The notes under the pieces are model-generated. The model ran no database searches. It was not told the DNA's origin and saw only the letters and a list, made by a program, of their open reading frames with translations. DNA of 64,000 bases from Geopsychrobacteraceae bacterium (lineage in GTDB: Bacteria; Desulfobacterota; Desulfuromonadia; Desulfuromonadales; Geopsychrobacteraceae). The DNA lies in contig CAXXTB010000001.1 in the NCBI GenBank assembly GCA_963676795.2, positions 384,001-448,000 of the forward strand. The letters are read 5' to 3'. Positions 50,474 to 59,821 of the stretch are shown piece after piece. Position numbers and translations under genes: made by a program. How positions within the stretch are numbered: position 1 is the first letter of the stretch; every line of letters begins with the position of its first letter.

Positions 50474-53170
50474 TTGCGAAAATTCCGCTTCCCCCATGCC
50501 GGTAAATGGCTGATCGCCATCATCCTGATCGCACTTTTCCTGCTCTGGAGATGCTCTGCTCTCCTGGTCGACTGGCTCTGGTTCAGCCAGCTCGGTTATC
50601 AGACGGTTTTCTACAGGCTTTTTCTAAGTAAATTGGTCCTGGGCATTGTGCCGGGGCTGATCGCGTTTGTCTTTTTTGCGCTCAACCTGAGGCTGGTGTT
50701 CAGAAAACTGACCAGCGTGAGCGAAGACAGGCAGAAAATAGAATACCTGTTCGGCCAGAAAATGGTCTGGCCCAGAAAGTATCTGCGTTGGGGGGAATGG
50801 TCGCTGGCTGCCTTCCTGGCGATCCCCTTTGCCCTTTCCTGCGCCCTGACCTGGGATGATTTTTTCCGGTTTGGCTGGGGCGGCGACATCGGTAGTCTCG
50901 ATCCGCTCTATGCCAAGGATATCGGTTTTTACCTGTTTCGCCTGCCGTTCTGGGAGGTTTTGCAGAACAGTTTTACCGGGCTCGCCTTTGTCGCATTCGC
51001 GCTGGTACTCGCCTTCAATTTTGCCGTCCTCTATGAACAGAGCGGCAGCCGGTGGGTGCGCCATCCGCAGGCCCTGATCAATCGTCAGCTGGTCGTGCTG
51101 TTCGTTCTCTTTCTGATCGGTTACGGCTGCGGTTTTTTCCTCGATCGCTATGAGCTGCTTTATTCAGCGGCAGGGGTGGTCTACGGGGCTGGTTACACCG
51201 ATCAGCAGATTGTCCGCTATGGCCTTTGGGTGATGGTCGGGGCGTCAAGTTTGCTGGCGCTGATTCTGATCGGTGCTTTTCTGGCCAGGCGGGTGATTGT
51301 CGGCATCTGGGCAGTTGGAGGTTATTTGGTTCTGATGCTGGCGGCCTTGACGGTCGTTCCGCTGGTGATTCAGAACTTAATGGTCGTGCCGAACGAGCTT
51401 GAGTTGGAGACCCCCTTTTTGCAGCGTGAAATCTCCATGACCCGGGCGGCCTACGGGATCAATGAGCTTGATGAGCTGTCTTACCCGGCACTTTCGGATC
51501 TGAAATGGACGGACATTCAGGAGAATCGGCAGACGCTCAGAAATATCCGCTTATGGGACTGGCGCCCTCTACTGCAGACCTTCCGCCAGTTACAGGAAAT
51601 AAGGCTTTACTACCAGTTTTATGAAGTCGATGCCGACCGCTATATGCTCGATGGTGATTACCGTCAGGTGATGATCTCAGCCCGTGAGCTGGCTGGTGAA
51701 CTGCCTGAGCGGGCCGATACCTGGGTCAATCGCACCTTGCAGTTTACCCATGGTTATGGCCTGGCGATGAGCCTTGCCGCTCAGGAAGGGGAGGAAGGGT
51801 CCCCGACCTTCCTGGTTCAGGATCTGCCACCGGTCACGAAGTACGATCTGGAGATCGACCAGGCGGGAATTTTCTATGGTGAAATGATGGCGGGCTATCG
51901 GATCGTCAACACCGGAGTTGAGGAATTCGATTATCCCAAGGGGGACGAAAACGTCTATACCCGCTACCAGGGCAAAGGAGGAATCCTTCTCGATTCCTTC
52001 TGGAAAAAACTGCTCTTTGCCTGGGAGTTCGGAGATATCAACATCCTGCTCTCCAGTTATCTGAATGACGAAAGCCGCATCCAGATCCGCCGTCAGGTTC
52101 AGCAGCGGGTTGCCAGGCTGGCTCCGTTCCTGAGACTGGATGCCGATCCCTACCTGGTACTCGCAGACAAAAGATTATGCTGGATACAGGATGCCTATAC
52201 CGTTTCGGACCGCTACCCCTATTCCGAACCTTACGGAAATCAGTTCAACTACATTCGCAATGCGGTCAAGGTTGTGGTTGATGCCTACGACGGCAGTGTT
52301 GCTTTTTATGCCGTCGAGCCGGATGACCCCATCCTCAAGGTTTATCAGCGGCTGTTTCCGGCGATGTTCAGGCCGCTCGGGCAGATGAGCGATGAGCTGC
52401 GCCGCCACCTGCGCTACCCGGAAGATCTGTTCCGTATCCAGGTGGAAAAATTCAATCGCTACCATATGAGGATCCCGCAGGTATTTTACAACAGCGAGGA
52501 TCTCTGGACCCTTCCCAGTGAGAAATATGCCGGGAACGCCATTGCCATGGAGCCCTATTACATTCTGATGCGCCTACCGGGGAAAGAACGCCTTGAGTTC
52601 CTGCTGATGCTGCCGCTCACCCCGCAGGGGCGGGACAACATGATCGCCTGGGTTGCGGCGCGCAGTGATCAGCCGGACTATGGCAAGCTGCTGGTCTACA
52701 AGCTGCCGAAGGAAAAGCTGATCCTCGGACCGATGCAGGTCGAGGCGATGATCGATCAGGATCCGACCATCAGCCGTCAGCTGTCGTTGTGGGATCAGCG
52801 CGGCTCCAAGGTCATTCGCGGCAACCTGCTGGTCATTCCGATCGGCCATTCCTTCATCTATGTCGAGCCGGTCTTCCTGATCGCTGAAGGGAACAACATT
52901 CCGCAGTTGCGTCGGGTCATCGTTGCCTATGGTGACAGGGTGGCCATGGAACCGAGCATTGACCAGGCGATAGCCTTCCTGTTCGGCCAGCAGATTGTCC
53001 GTGCGACGGACCAGCCTCAGTCCGTGGTCAGCCCCGCAGGGCAGGATTCTCTGCAGGAGGTGCGCGTCAATTTTGAAGCGGCCCAGCAAGCCCTGCAGAA
53101 CGGCGACTGGCAGGAATTCGGCCGGGCGATGGAGCGTCTGCAGCAGTATCTGGAACAGCAGGTGCCCTAA
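50474..53170 (+). CDS. UPF0182 family membrane protein
   Basis: DWLWF..LGY; DP...KDIGFY.F.LP; NIRLWD; FTHGYG; APFL..D.DPY; NYIRN.VK; RYPEDLF; RGNLLVIPI; GGAGG before TTG 50474. Confidence 0.93.
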   Translation: MRKFRFPHAGKWLIAIILIALFLLWRCSALLVDWLWFSQLGYQTVFYRLFLSKLVLGIVPGLIAFVFFALNLRLVFRKLTSVSEDRQKIEYLFGQKMVWPRKYLRWGEWSLAAFLAIPFALSCALTWDDFFRFGWGGDIGSLDPLYAKDIGFYLFRLPFWEVLQNSFTGLAFVAFALVLAFNFAVLYEQSGSRWVRHPQALINRQLVVLFVLFLIGYGCGFFLDRYELLYSAAGVVYGAGYTDQQIVRYGLWVMVGASSLLALILIGAFLARRVIVGIWAVGGYLVLMLAALTVVPLVIQNLMVVPNELELETPFLQREISMTRAAYGINELDELSYPALSDLKWTDIQENRQTLRNIRLWDWRPLLQTFRQLQEIRLYYQFYEVDADRYMLDGDYRQVMISARELAGELPERADTWVNRTLQFTHGYGLAMSLAAQEGEEGSPTFLVQDLPPVTKYDLEIDQAGIFYGEMMAGYRIVNTGVEEFDYPKGDENVYTRYQGKGGILLDSFWKKLLFAWEFGDINILLSSYLNDESRIQIRRQVQQRVARLAPFLRLDADPYLVLADKRLCWIQDAYTVSDRYPYSEPYGNQFNYIRNAVKVVVDAYDGSVAFYAVEPDDPILKVYQRLFPAMFRPLGQMSDELRRHLRYPEDLFRIQVEKFNRYHMRIPQVFYNSEDLWTLPSEKYAGNAIAMEPYYILMRLPGKERLEFLLMLPLTPQGRDNMIAWVAARSDQPDYGKLLVYKLPKEKLILGPMQVEAMIDQDPTISRQLSLWDQRGSKVIRGNLLVIPIGHSFIYVEPVFLIAEGNNIPQLRRVIVAYGDRVAMEPSIDQAIAFLFGQQIVRATDQPQSVVSPAGQDSLQEVRVNFEAAQQALQNGDWQEFGRAMERLQQYLEQQVP

Positions 53171-53215
53171 ACCGTCGAAAGAATGATCAGATCAATAAAT
53201 TGGCATCTACTCGAT

Positions 53216-53251
53216 AGGCTGGCGATGAAAGATTTTAGTCAGCCTTTTTTT
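53216..53251 (+). terminator. Intrinsic terminator after UPF0182 gene
   Basis: AGGCTGGC...GTCAGCCT stem followed by T run. Confidence 0.5.
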
Positions 53252-53320
53252 ATGCTACGATCATTTTTCGAGTGATTTTATCAACAACCTTTTGAGATTG
53301 TTTCTAGCATTCCAGGGATT

Positions 53321-53740
53321 ATGCCAATGCAGTTGGAATGGACTCCGTCCTTAAGTATCGGCCACGAAAAAATAGATCAGCAGCATATCAACCTGTTTCG
53401 TTACTTTGACGAATTTCTCGAAGGCTGCAGTCAGGGGGCTGCCAGACAGAATCTGCTGACCCTGCATAACCGGCTGAAAGACTATGTTGAGCAGCATTTT
53501 GGGGAAGAGGAAGAGCTGATGCTGAGATCCGGCTACCCGAATTCTGCTTATCATCAGAAGGCCCATCTCAGCTTCAGAAAACGCTTGAGCGAACTGCGCC
53601 AGCAGATCGAAGAACAGGGGCCTACCCTGATTGCCGTTGTCGACACCAACAAGGCACTGGTCTCTTGGCTGATCAGCCATGTCCAGAGAGAAGATCTGAA
53701 ACTCGGTGAGTTCCTGAACGGGGCGACAGCTCCCGGTTGA
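53321..53740 (+). CDS. Bacteriohemerythrin (single domain)
   Basis: IDQQH; HFGEEE; HQKAH; WLISHVQRED. Confidence 0.9.
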   Translation: MPMQLEWTPSLSIGHEKIDQQHINLFRYFDEFLEGCSQGAARQNLLTLHNRLKDYVEQHFGEEEELMLRSGYPNSAYHQKAHLSFRKRLSELRQQIEEQGPTLIAVVDTNKALVSWLISHVQREDLKLGEFLNGATAPG

Positions 53741-53796
53741 GGACCATGCCGGTCCCTGTTGGGGGGACTGTCCAGCCTCAAGCATCGCCATACATT

Positions 53797-55713
53797 TCAG
53801 TTTGACAGGATTTTCTTTACGGACAGCCCTAACTCGACAGAGGTGTAAGGCTTTTGAAGAAAGTCTTTTGCCCCCATTCTCAGTGTTTCCTTAACATCCG
53901 AACTCGATGAAAAACCGCTGGTGATCAGCACTTTTTGTCGAGGCCTGAGCTTGGACATTGCCTCATAGGTTTCACGTCCGCCGATTCCCGGCTCCATGAT
54001 CATATCCAGAAGGACCAGATCATAGCTGTTTTCTTCTATCAGCTTGATCGCTTCTTCGCCAGAGCTTGCAGGGGTGATGGAATAGTTGAGGTCCGTGAGT
54101 ATCCTGGTCGCAATATCCCGTAGACTGGGTTCATTGTCGACGACAAGTATTCTTTGATGATGTCCGCTCAGCTGATCGATGTGAATCTCGTTTTTACAGG
54201 TTTCGATCAGGCTCTCTGTGGCCGCAGGAAAGCAGAGTTTGAAACAGGTTCCGGTTGAATCGCTGGTCGTTTCTATAATGCCTCCATGTTCCTTGACCGT
54301 GTTCCAGACCACAGCCAGGCCGAGTCCGGAACCGCTGCGCCCCAATTTCTTGGTCGAATAGAAGGGTTCGAAGATGTGGGCCAGATCGTTTGCCGGGATG
54401 CCGTGACCGTTGTCGCGTATTTCGACACAGCAGTACTCGCCCGCCACAACATTGAATTTTTTGGCCAGCGATTGATCGATGTAGCTTCTGACGCTCCTTA
54501 TCTGACAGTTACCCCTGGCGTCGACCGCCTCAAAAGCGTTCAGCAATATATTTGTCAGACTCTTTTCGATGTGGACAGGTGAGCAGCTTATGTTCAGGTC
54601 TCCTTCGTGAAGATCCTGCGTGAAGCTGACATCCGGGTGTCTGTGCATGATGGCTCGGATATCCGGTGTTGCTAATAAGCCGGTGATGATCGCGTTGAGA
54701 TCTTTCAACTCCTTCTTGCTGGCCACATCGCGGGCGACGGTCAGCAGGTCGGAAACGACAGCCGCGGCCCGTCTGCCCGAGGTCGTGATTGCCTGGACGT
54801 AAGGGACGATTTCGCTGTCCGGCGGAATTCTCCGCAATATCAGTTCCGGATAGTTGATGATCCCGGACAGGATATTGTTCAGGTCATGCGCAACACCCCC
54901 CGCCAGCAGGCCGATCGACTCCATTTTTTCTGCACGTTGAATTCTGGCCTGTGCCTTCTGCTGCTTTTCGATGGAACGAAAAAAGAAAAAGACCAGAGAA
55001 AAGACCCCTGCCAACAGCACAAAGGCCACGGCAGAAATTGTTAAGGCCGTTCGCCTGGAATTTTCCAGATACTCATGCAGGGGCACCCTGACGGACATCA
55101 GGGCGCGGATCTGGCCAATTTTTTCGTAGAATCCTGCAATCTCCCCATAATTCTCGATTAATTCCTTCGGCGCTTGTTCCGGCAATCCATGACAATTCAG
55201 ACATGATTCCTTATTGGAATCGACAGGGATAGCGTAGTAAAGAAATTTAACATCATCTAAATCAACAACCGATTTGAATTCAGATACATCATGATTTCTG
55301 AAATCGTTGAGAAGTTTCAATTCGTAGCTGTCGGCCAGGTTTGCCGGATTCCTTGGGTTGTCTGCAGCATACTTGAAATAAAGGGAGGTTTTGTTGCTCG
55401 AATGATACTCCTCGTTGAGAATATCGTTTATGCTTCTTGTTATAAATGTCGAAGATAATGTTTTTTGCGAGAAATAATCCTCATATAGCAACCCTTCAGT
55501 CTTCAGCCGGTAGATTTCAGTTTTTTGAACATCTTCTATATAGCTTCTGATGGCCTTATGCATGAGAAGGAAGCTTTCCAACCGTTTATTGGCCTCGGAG
55601 ACGGCGAGGTTTTCATAACTGTTGAATATTTGAAAAGCCAGGAAGATGTAGAAAATAAGAAAGGCGAGAGAAGTCAACGCAATAAGGTTTTTGAAAGATA
55701 GCTTCATTTGCAT
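53797..55713 (-). CDS. Hybrid sensor histidine kinase with periplasmic DUF3365/Tll0287-like heme-c domain
   Basis: TM; NPRNPANLAD; CLNCH (CxxCH); TM; AGGVAHDLNNIL; N/G1/F/G2 boxes; C-terminal REC. Confidence 0.88.
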   Translation of the reverse strand: MQMKLSFKNLIALTSLAFLIFYIFLAFQIFNSYENLAVSEANKRLESFLLMHKAIRSYIEDVQKTEIYRLKTEGLLYEDYFSQKTLSSTFITRSINDILNEEYHSSNKTSLYFKYAADNPRNPANLADSYELKLLNDFRNHDVSEFKSVVDLDDVKFLYYAIPVDSNKESCLNCHGLPEQAPKELIENYGEIAGFYEKIGQIRALMSVRVPLHEYLENSRRTALTISAVAFVLLAGVFSLVFFFFRSIEKQQKAQARIQRAEKMESIGLLAGGVAHDLNNILSGIINYPELILRRIPPDSEIVPYVQAITTSGRRAAAVVSDLLTVARDVASKKELKDLNAIITGLLATPDIRAIMHRHPDVSFTQDLHEGDLNISCSPVHIEKSLTNILLNAFEAVDARGNCQIRSVRSYIDQSLAKKFNVVAGEYCCVEIRDNGHGIPANDLAHIFEPFYSTKKLGRSGSGLGLAVVWNTVKEHGGIIETTSDSTGTCFKLCFPAATESLIETCKNEIHIDQLSGHHQRILVVDNEPSLRDIATRILTDLNYSITPASSGEEAIKLIEENSYDLVLLDMIMEPGIGGRETYEAMSKLRPRQKVLITSGFSSSSDVKETLRMGAKDFLQKPYTSVELGLSVKKILSN

Positions 55714-56042
55714 TCCGGTACAGAAAAGAGCAGTTGCTTCAAGAAGGGATTCCTGACTTTCAAGTGTAACAAATAATATGAATTTAAACTTTGAATAAAG
55801 CGCGGAATTTTATGAAAAATTTGTTTTTGAACACAGATCTCAGCCCATTCTGTCAGGAGCAGTATTCATTATTGATAGGGCAGGGAGTCACACTGAACGA
55901 GCGGGTCATCGGTGCTGTGTTCCGGTTGTGAGTCAAAGGTAGAATAAAAACAAGAGACGGATGGAGATCTGCGCGAAATAGGGTAGCCTGTTTATTAGGC
56001 GTCATCTGACATTCCGTTTTTCCTTTTGTTGGAGCTTGGCCG

Positions 56043-58313
56043 ATGTCCCATGGGCAGGACCAGTCTTACCGGGCTTTTTTTGACAATCACGCCGTCGGAA
56101 TGGTGGAAGTGAACGCAGATGGAAAATATCTGCGGGTCAACCGCCACTGGTGCGAGATGAGTGGCTATTCTGAAGATGAAATGCTGAAAAGCGATTTTAC
56201 CGCGATGACCTATTCCGAAGACCTGCCGATGGAAATTGCCCTGGATCGGGAACTGATCAATGGCAAAAGAAACTGCTACCGCATGGAGAAGCGCTATATC
56301 CGCAAATCTGGTGAGCTGTTCTGGGCGGAACTTTCGGTCAGCGGTCTCTATGACGAAGAGGGGGCGCTGACCGGCATGATCGGTCTTATCGTCGATATCG
56401 GCGAGCGCAAAAAAGCTGAAAAGTCGTTGACCGAGAGCGAGGCCAAGTTCCGTTCTCTGCTCGATCGCCTTGAACAGATTCCGGTGCAGGGCTACGACGC
56501 CGAGCGCAGGGTTGTCTACTGGAACAATGCGAGCACCGCTGCCTACGGTTACCTGCCCGAAGAGGCGCTGGGCCGTAGGCTTGAGGATCTGATCATACCG
56601 CAGGCGATGCGGGAGGATGTCATCCGTGCTGTCGAAGACTCTATGGGCAGGGGGATCCAGATTCCGAGCGCCGAGCTCATGCTCTGCGGCAAAGGCGGGT
56701 ACGATGTCCCAGTCTATTCATCCCACCTGCTGCATACCTCTGCAAGTGGCGTCAGGGAGATGTACTGTGTCGATATCGACCTGCGCAAGCTGCGCGAAAC
56801 CGAAGAACAGCGCCGACTGCTTTCCCAGGCGGTCGAACAGACCGGAGAAATGATCATTATTACCGACCCTGAAGGGACAATCGAATACGTCAATGACGCT
56901 TTCACCCATGTCACGGGCTTTTCCCGGGCCGAGGTTCTTGGCCGGAAACCGAGTATTCTCAAAAGCGGCGAGCAGAATGAGGGCTTCTATTACGATCTTT
57001 GGAAAACGATTTCCGAGGGGAACGTCTGGACGGGGAGGATGATCAACAGAGCCAAGAATGACGGACTGTTCATCGAGGAGAGCAGCATCTCTCCCGTTTT
57101 TAATGGCTCCGGAGAGATCATCCATTACGTCGCCACCAAGCGGGATATCACCGAGCAGTTGCGCACCGAGGAAGAATACCGGCAGGCGCAGAAGATGGAA
57201 GCTGTCGGCCAGCTGGCCGGAGGTATCGCTCACGATTTCAACAACATGCTGTCGATCATCCTGGGCCAGTCGGAGCTGGCGCTCAAAAAACTTCAGCCTG
57301 GGACCCCCCTGCACAAACGGCTTGTCGAAATCAAGAACGCCGCGACCCGTTCGGCCGGTCTGACCCAGCAACTGCTCGGCTTCGCGCGCAAGCAGCCTGG
57401 GCATCCGCGGGTCGTCAATCTGGGCCAGGAGGTGACCTCCATGGTCCAGATGCTCAGGCAGCTGATCGGTGAAAATATCGAGCTCGACTGGAATCCCGCT
57501 GGCGGGAACTACGGTGCGTTCATCGACCCGGGACACCTGAGTCAGATTCTGACCAATCTGATCGTCAACGCGCGTGATGCTATCAGTGGGTTCGGGACGG
57601 TCAGGATCGTTGTCGACTCTGGCGTGCCGGAAGAAAATTCGATACGTGAACATGCCAGTTTCTGCCCCGGGACCTATGTGCAACTGAGCGTCTCTGATGA
57701 CGGTCACGGCATGAGCCGGGAGACGCTGGCCAGGGTTTTTGATCCGTTCTTTTCGACCAAGGATGTCGACAAGGGGACCGGTTTGGGCCTGTCGATGGTT
57801 CTCGGTCTGGTCCAGCAGAATGACGGTTTTATTTCCGTAGACAGCTCCCCCGGTGAGGGAACCACCTTTCACCTCTATTTTCCGGAAGTTTCACTCGATG
57901 ATCTGCAGCCTGGCCCGGTCGACTTCGATGTCAGCCTGATGGGGATGGAGACGATTCTGATCGTGGAGGATGAGGCCTCTGTTCTGACTCTGCTTGAAAC
58001 CATGCTGGCAGAGAATGGTTATAGGGTGCTGACCGCCAGAGGCCCCTTCGAAGCGCAGGAGCTGGTTGAAAGCTGTGAGGATGTCATAGACCTGCTCCTG
58101 ACCGACATCGTCATGCCCAGGATGAGCGGTGTCGAACTCTGTGCCGCCCTGACGAGGGTGCAGCCGCGGATCAGGACGCTGTTCATGTCGGGTTATCCGA
58201 AAGAAAACTTACAACTGCAGGTCGAGCCATGTCAGAGTGCAAGGCTGTTGAACAAACCCTTTACCTCCTGTCAGTTGACCAGGGCAATCCGGGAAACCCT
58301 TGATTCAGAATAG
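56043..58313 (+). CDS. Cytoplasmic multi-PAS hybrid histidine kinase
   Basis: Three PAS-like segments; AGGIAHDFNNML; NLIVNARDA; FDPFFSTK; GTGLGL; REC domain. Confidence 0.92.
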   Translation: MSHGQDQSYRAFFDNHAVGMVEVNADGKYLRVNRHWCEMSGYSEDEMLKSDFTAMTYSEDLPMEIALDRELINGKRNCYRMEKRYIRKSGELFWAELSVSGLYDEEGALTGMIGLIVDIGERKKAEKSLTESEAKFRSLLDRLEQIPVQGYDAERRVVYWNNASTAAYGYLPEEALGRRLEDLIIPQAMREDVIRAVEDSMGRGIQIPSAELMLCGKGGYDVPVYSSHLLHTSASGVREMYCVDIDLRKLRETEEQRRLLSQAVEQTGEMIIITDPEGTIEYVNDAFTHVTGFSRAEVLGRKPSILKSGEQNEGFYYDLWKTISEGNVWTGRMINRAKNDGLFIEESSISPVFNGSGEIIHYVATKRDITEQLRTEEEYRQAQKMEAVGQLAGGIAHDFNNMLSIILGQSELALKKLQPGTPLHKRLVEIKNAATRSAGLTQQLLGFARKQPGHPRVVNLGQEVTSMVQMLRQLIGENIELDWNPAGGNYGAFIDPGHLSQILTNLIVNARDAISGFGTVRIVVDSGVPEENSIREHASFCPGTYVQLSVSDDGHGMSRETLARVFDPFFSTKDVDKGTGLGLSMVLGLVQQNDGFISVDSSPGEGTTFHLYFPEVSLDDLQPGPVDFDVSLMGMETILIVEDEASVLTLLETMLAENGYRVLTARGPFEAQELVESCEDVIDLLLTDIVMPRMSGVELCAALTRVQPRIRTLFMSGYPKENLQLQVEPCQSARLLNKPFTSCQLTRAIRETLDSE

Positions 58314-58455
58314 TATTTCAGCAATGGGGTTCCGGAACCTGTCTCCACCCTGCGTACTGTGGTTTTTTATAGTACCTTTTACACACAAATCAGGGGTATC
58401 GTTGCCTGCAGCGGGAACAAATTTGTATGAATGATCAGCACATGAGTGTTTTAAT

Positions 58456-59589
58456 ATGACCAGTATCCCACACCAGAAAAAAATTAAATCCTATCGAAGT
58501 ACGGAATATAGCCAGTGGGTTACAGAGAAGGTCCTGGACTCTCTGTATGCCAATGCGCTGGGTTCTGCAATGGGCAGCTTTGCCGTATTTCTGATCGTTG
58601 CCGGAGCTGTCTGGAGCAAGATCAGCTCACCCTCCTTGTTGTACTGGTCCGTTGCCGGAGTTTTGATTGCCACCGCAAGGTTGACGTTATGGAACGGGTT
58701 TAAACATAAAAAGGACAATTATTCCTGCCGCTTTTGGCTCAACAGCTATCGAGTCATGAGTCTTGCTTCCGGACTTCTGTACGGTATGGCCATGTGGTTG
58801 TTTTTTGGAGATCTTCCGGTCGAATATCGACTTTTGATCTATTTTGGAGTTGGCGGTTTGACGGCCGCATCCTCCGGCTCCCATGCCGTTGATTTCCTCA
58901 CGTTTCAGCTGTTCATGTTTTCTTCCTGTCTGCTGGTCATTTCAAAATTACTTCACTTCGGCGAAGCCACTGACATTGCTCTTGCCGCTATGTTTGTTCT
59001 TTATATTTTGGTGATGATGAAAACGGGGCAGAACAACAACAGGACGCTGTTGCAAAATTTCAAACTGACCTATACCATGCACTACCGGGCGACCCATGAT
59101 CCTCTGCTCGATCTGCTGAATCGGACTGAATTTGAAAACCGCTTTGAAATCAACACGCCTCTGACCCATCGCGGTGTGGCGATCCTGTTCCTCGATCTTG
59201 ACAACTTCAAACCTTTGAATGATACATTTGGTCATCAGGCAGGAGACCGGGCCTTGAAACAGGTTGCAGATATTTTGACGGAATCCCTCCGGGCAGATGA
59301 TCCTGTCGCCCGTATCGGCGGCGATGAATTTGTCGCGTCCCTTTATCTGGATGATGTTAAAGAAGTAGAGAAAATTGGTCATAAGATTCTGCAGAGAATC
59401 AGTGCCATTTCCTTTCCCGAGCAATCAACCTTCAGTGGGTTGAGTGCCAGCATCGGCATTGCCTTTCACCATGATAACGATGTGGAGTATTCACAGCTGT
59501 TGCATGCTGCCGATCTGGCCTGTTACCAAAGCAAGGAAAAAGGGAAAAATCAGCTGACCACGGTATTGGCAAAAGATCAGGTTGGCTGA
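58456..59589 (+). CDS. Membrane-bound GGDEF diguanylate cyclase
   Basis: 5-6 TM; HDPLL.LLNR; DLDNFK.LNDTFGH; RADD I-site; GGDEF. Confidence 0.9.
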   Translation: MTSIPHQKKIKSYRSTEYSQWVTEKVLDSLYANALGSAMGSFAVFLIVAGAVWSKISSPSLLYWSVAGVLIATARLTLWNGFKHKKDNYSCRFWLNSYRVMSLASGLLYGMAMWLFFGDLPVEYRLLIYFGVGGLTAASSGSHAVDFLTFQLFMFSSCLLVISKLLHFGEATDIALAAMFVLYILVMMKTGQNNNRTLLQNFKLTYTMHYRATHDPLLDLLNRTEFENRFEINTPLTHRGVAILFLDLDNFKPLNDTFGHQAGDRALKQVADILTESLRADDPVARIGGDEFVASLYLDDVKEVEKIGHKILQRISAISFPEQSTFSGLSASIGIAFHHDNDVEYSQLLHAADLACYQSKEKGKNQLTTVLAKDQVG

Positions 59590-59780
59590 AATATCATCTG
59601 ATTTGTCAGGTTCATTTTTCTTGCCGGGTAGCGTTCAGTCCGACGGGCTGATTTTGAACAGGTTGATTGATTCGTCCTGGTCTATCAACCCCGCTCATCT
59701 TCAGAACCAGCTTCATTTCTGTACATGACCCATGTTTTCGACTAGGTGCGTATTTTCTTGGTGGATGGGCGATAATATAA

Positions 59781-59808
59781 GGCCCGCTGCCAGGTATTGC
59801 AGCGGGCC
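59781..59808 (-). terminator. Terminator hairpin after the autotransporter gene
   Basis: GGCCCGCTGC-8 nt-GCAGCGGGCC, followed by TTATATTAT on the minus strand. Confidence 0.6.
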
Positions 59809-59821
59809 ATCATAAAGAGAC

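Noticed and set aside
50266..50523. 85-aa minus-strand ORF
   Set aside because: Spans the divergent promoter region and overlaps the UPF0182 start; no RBS or motif
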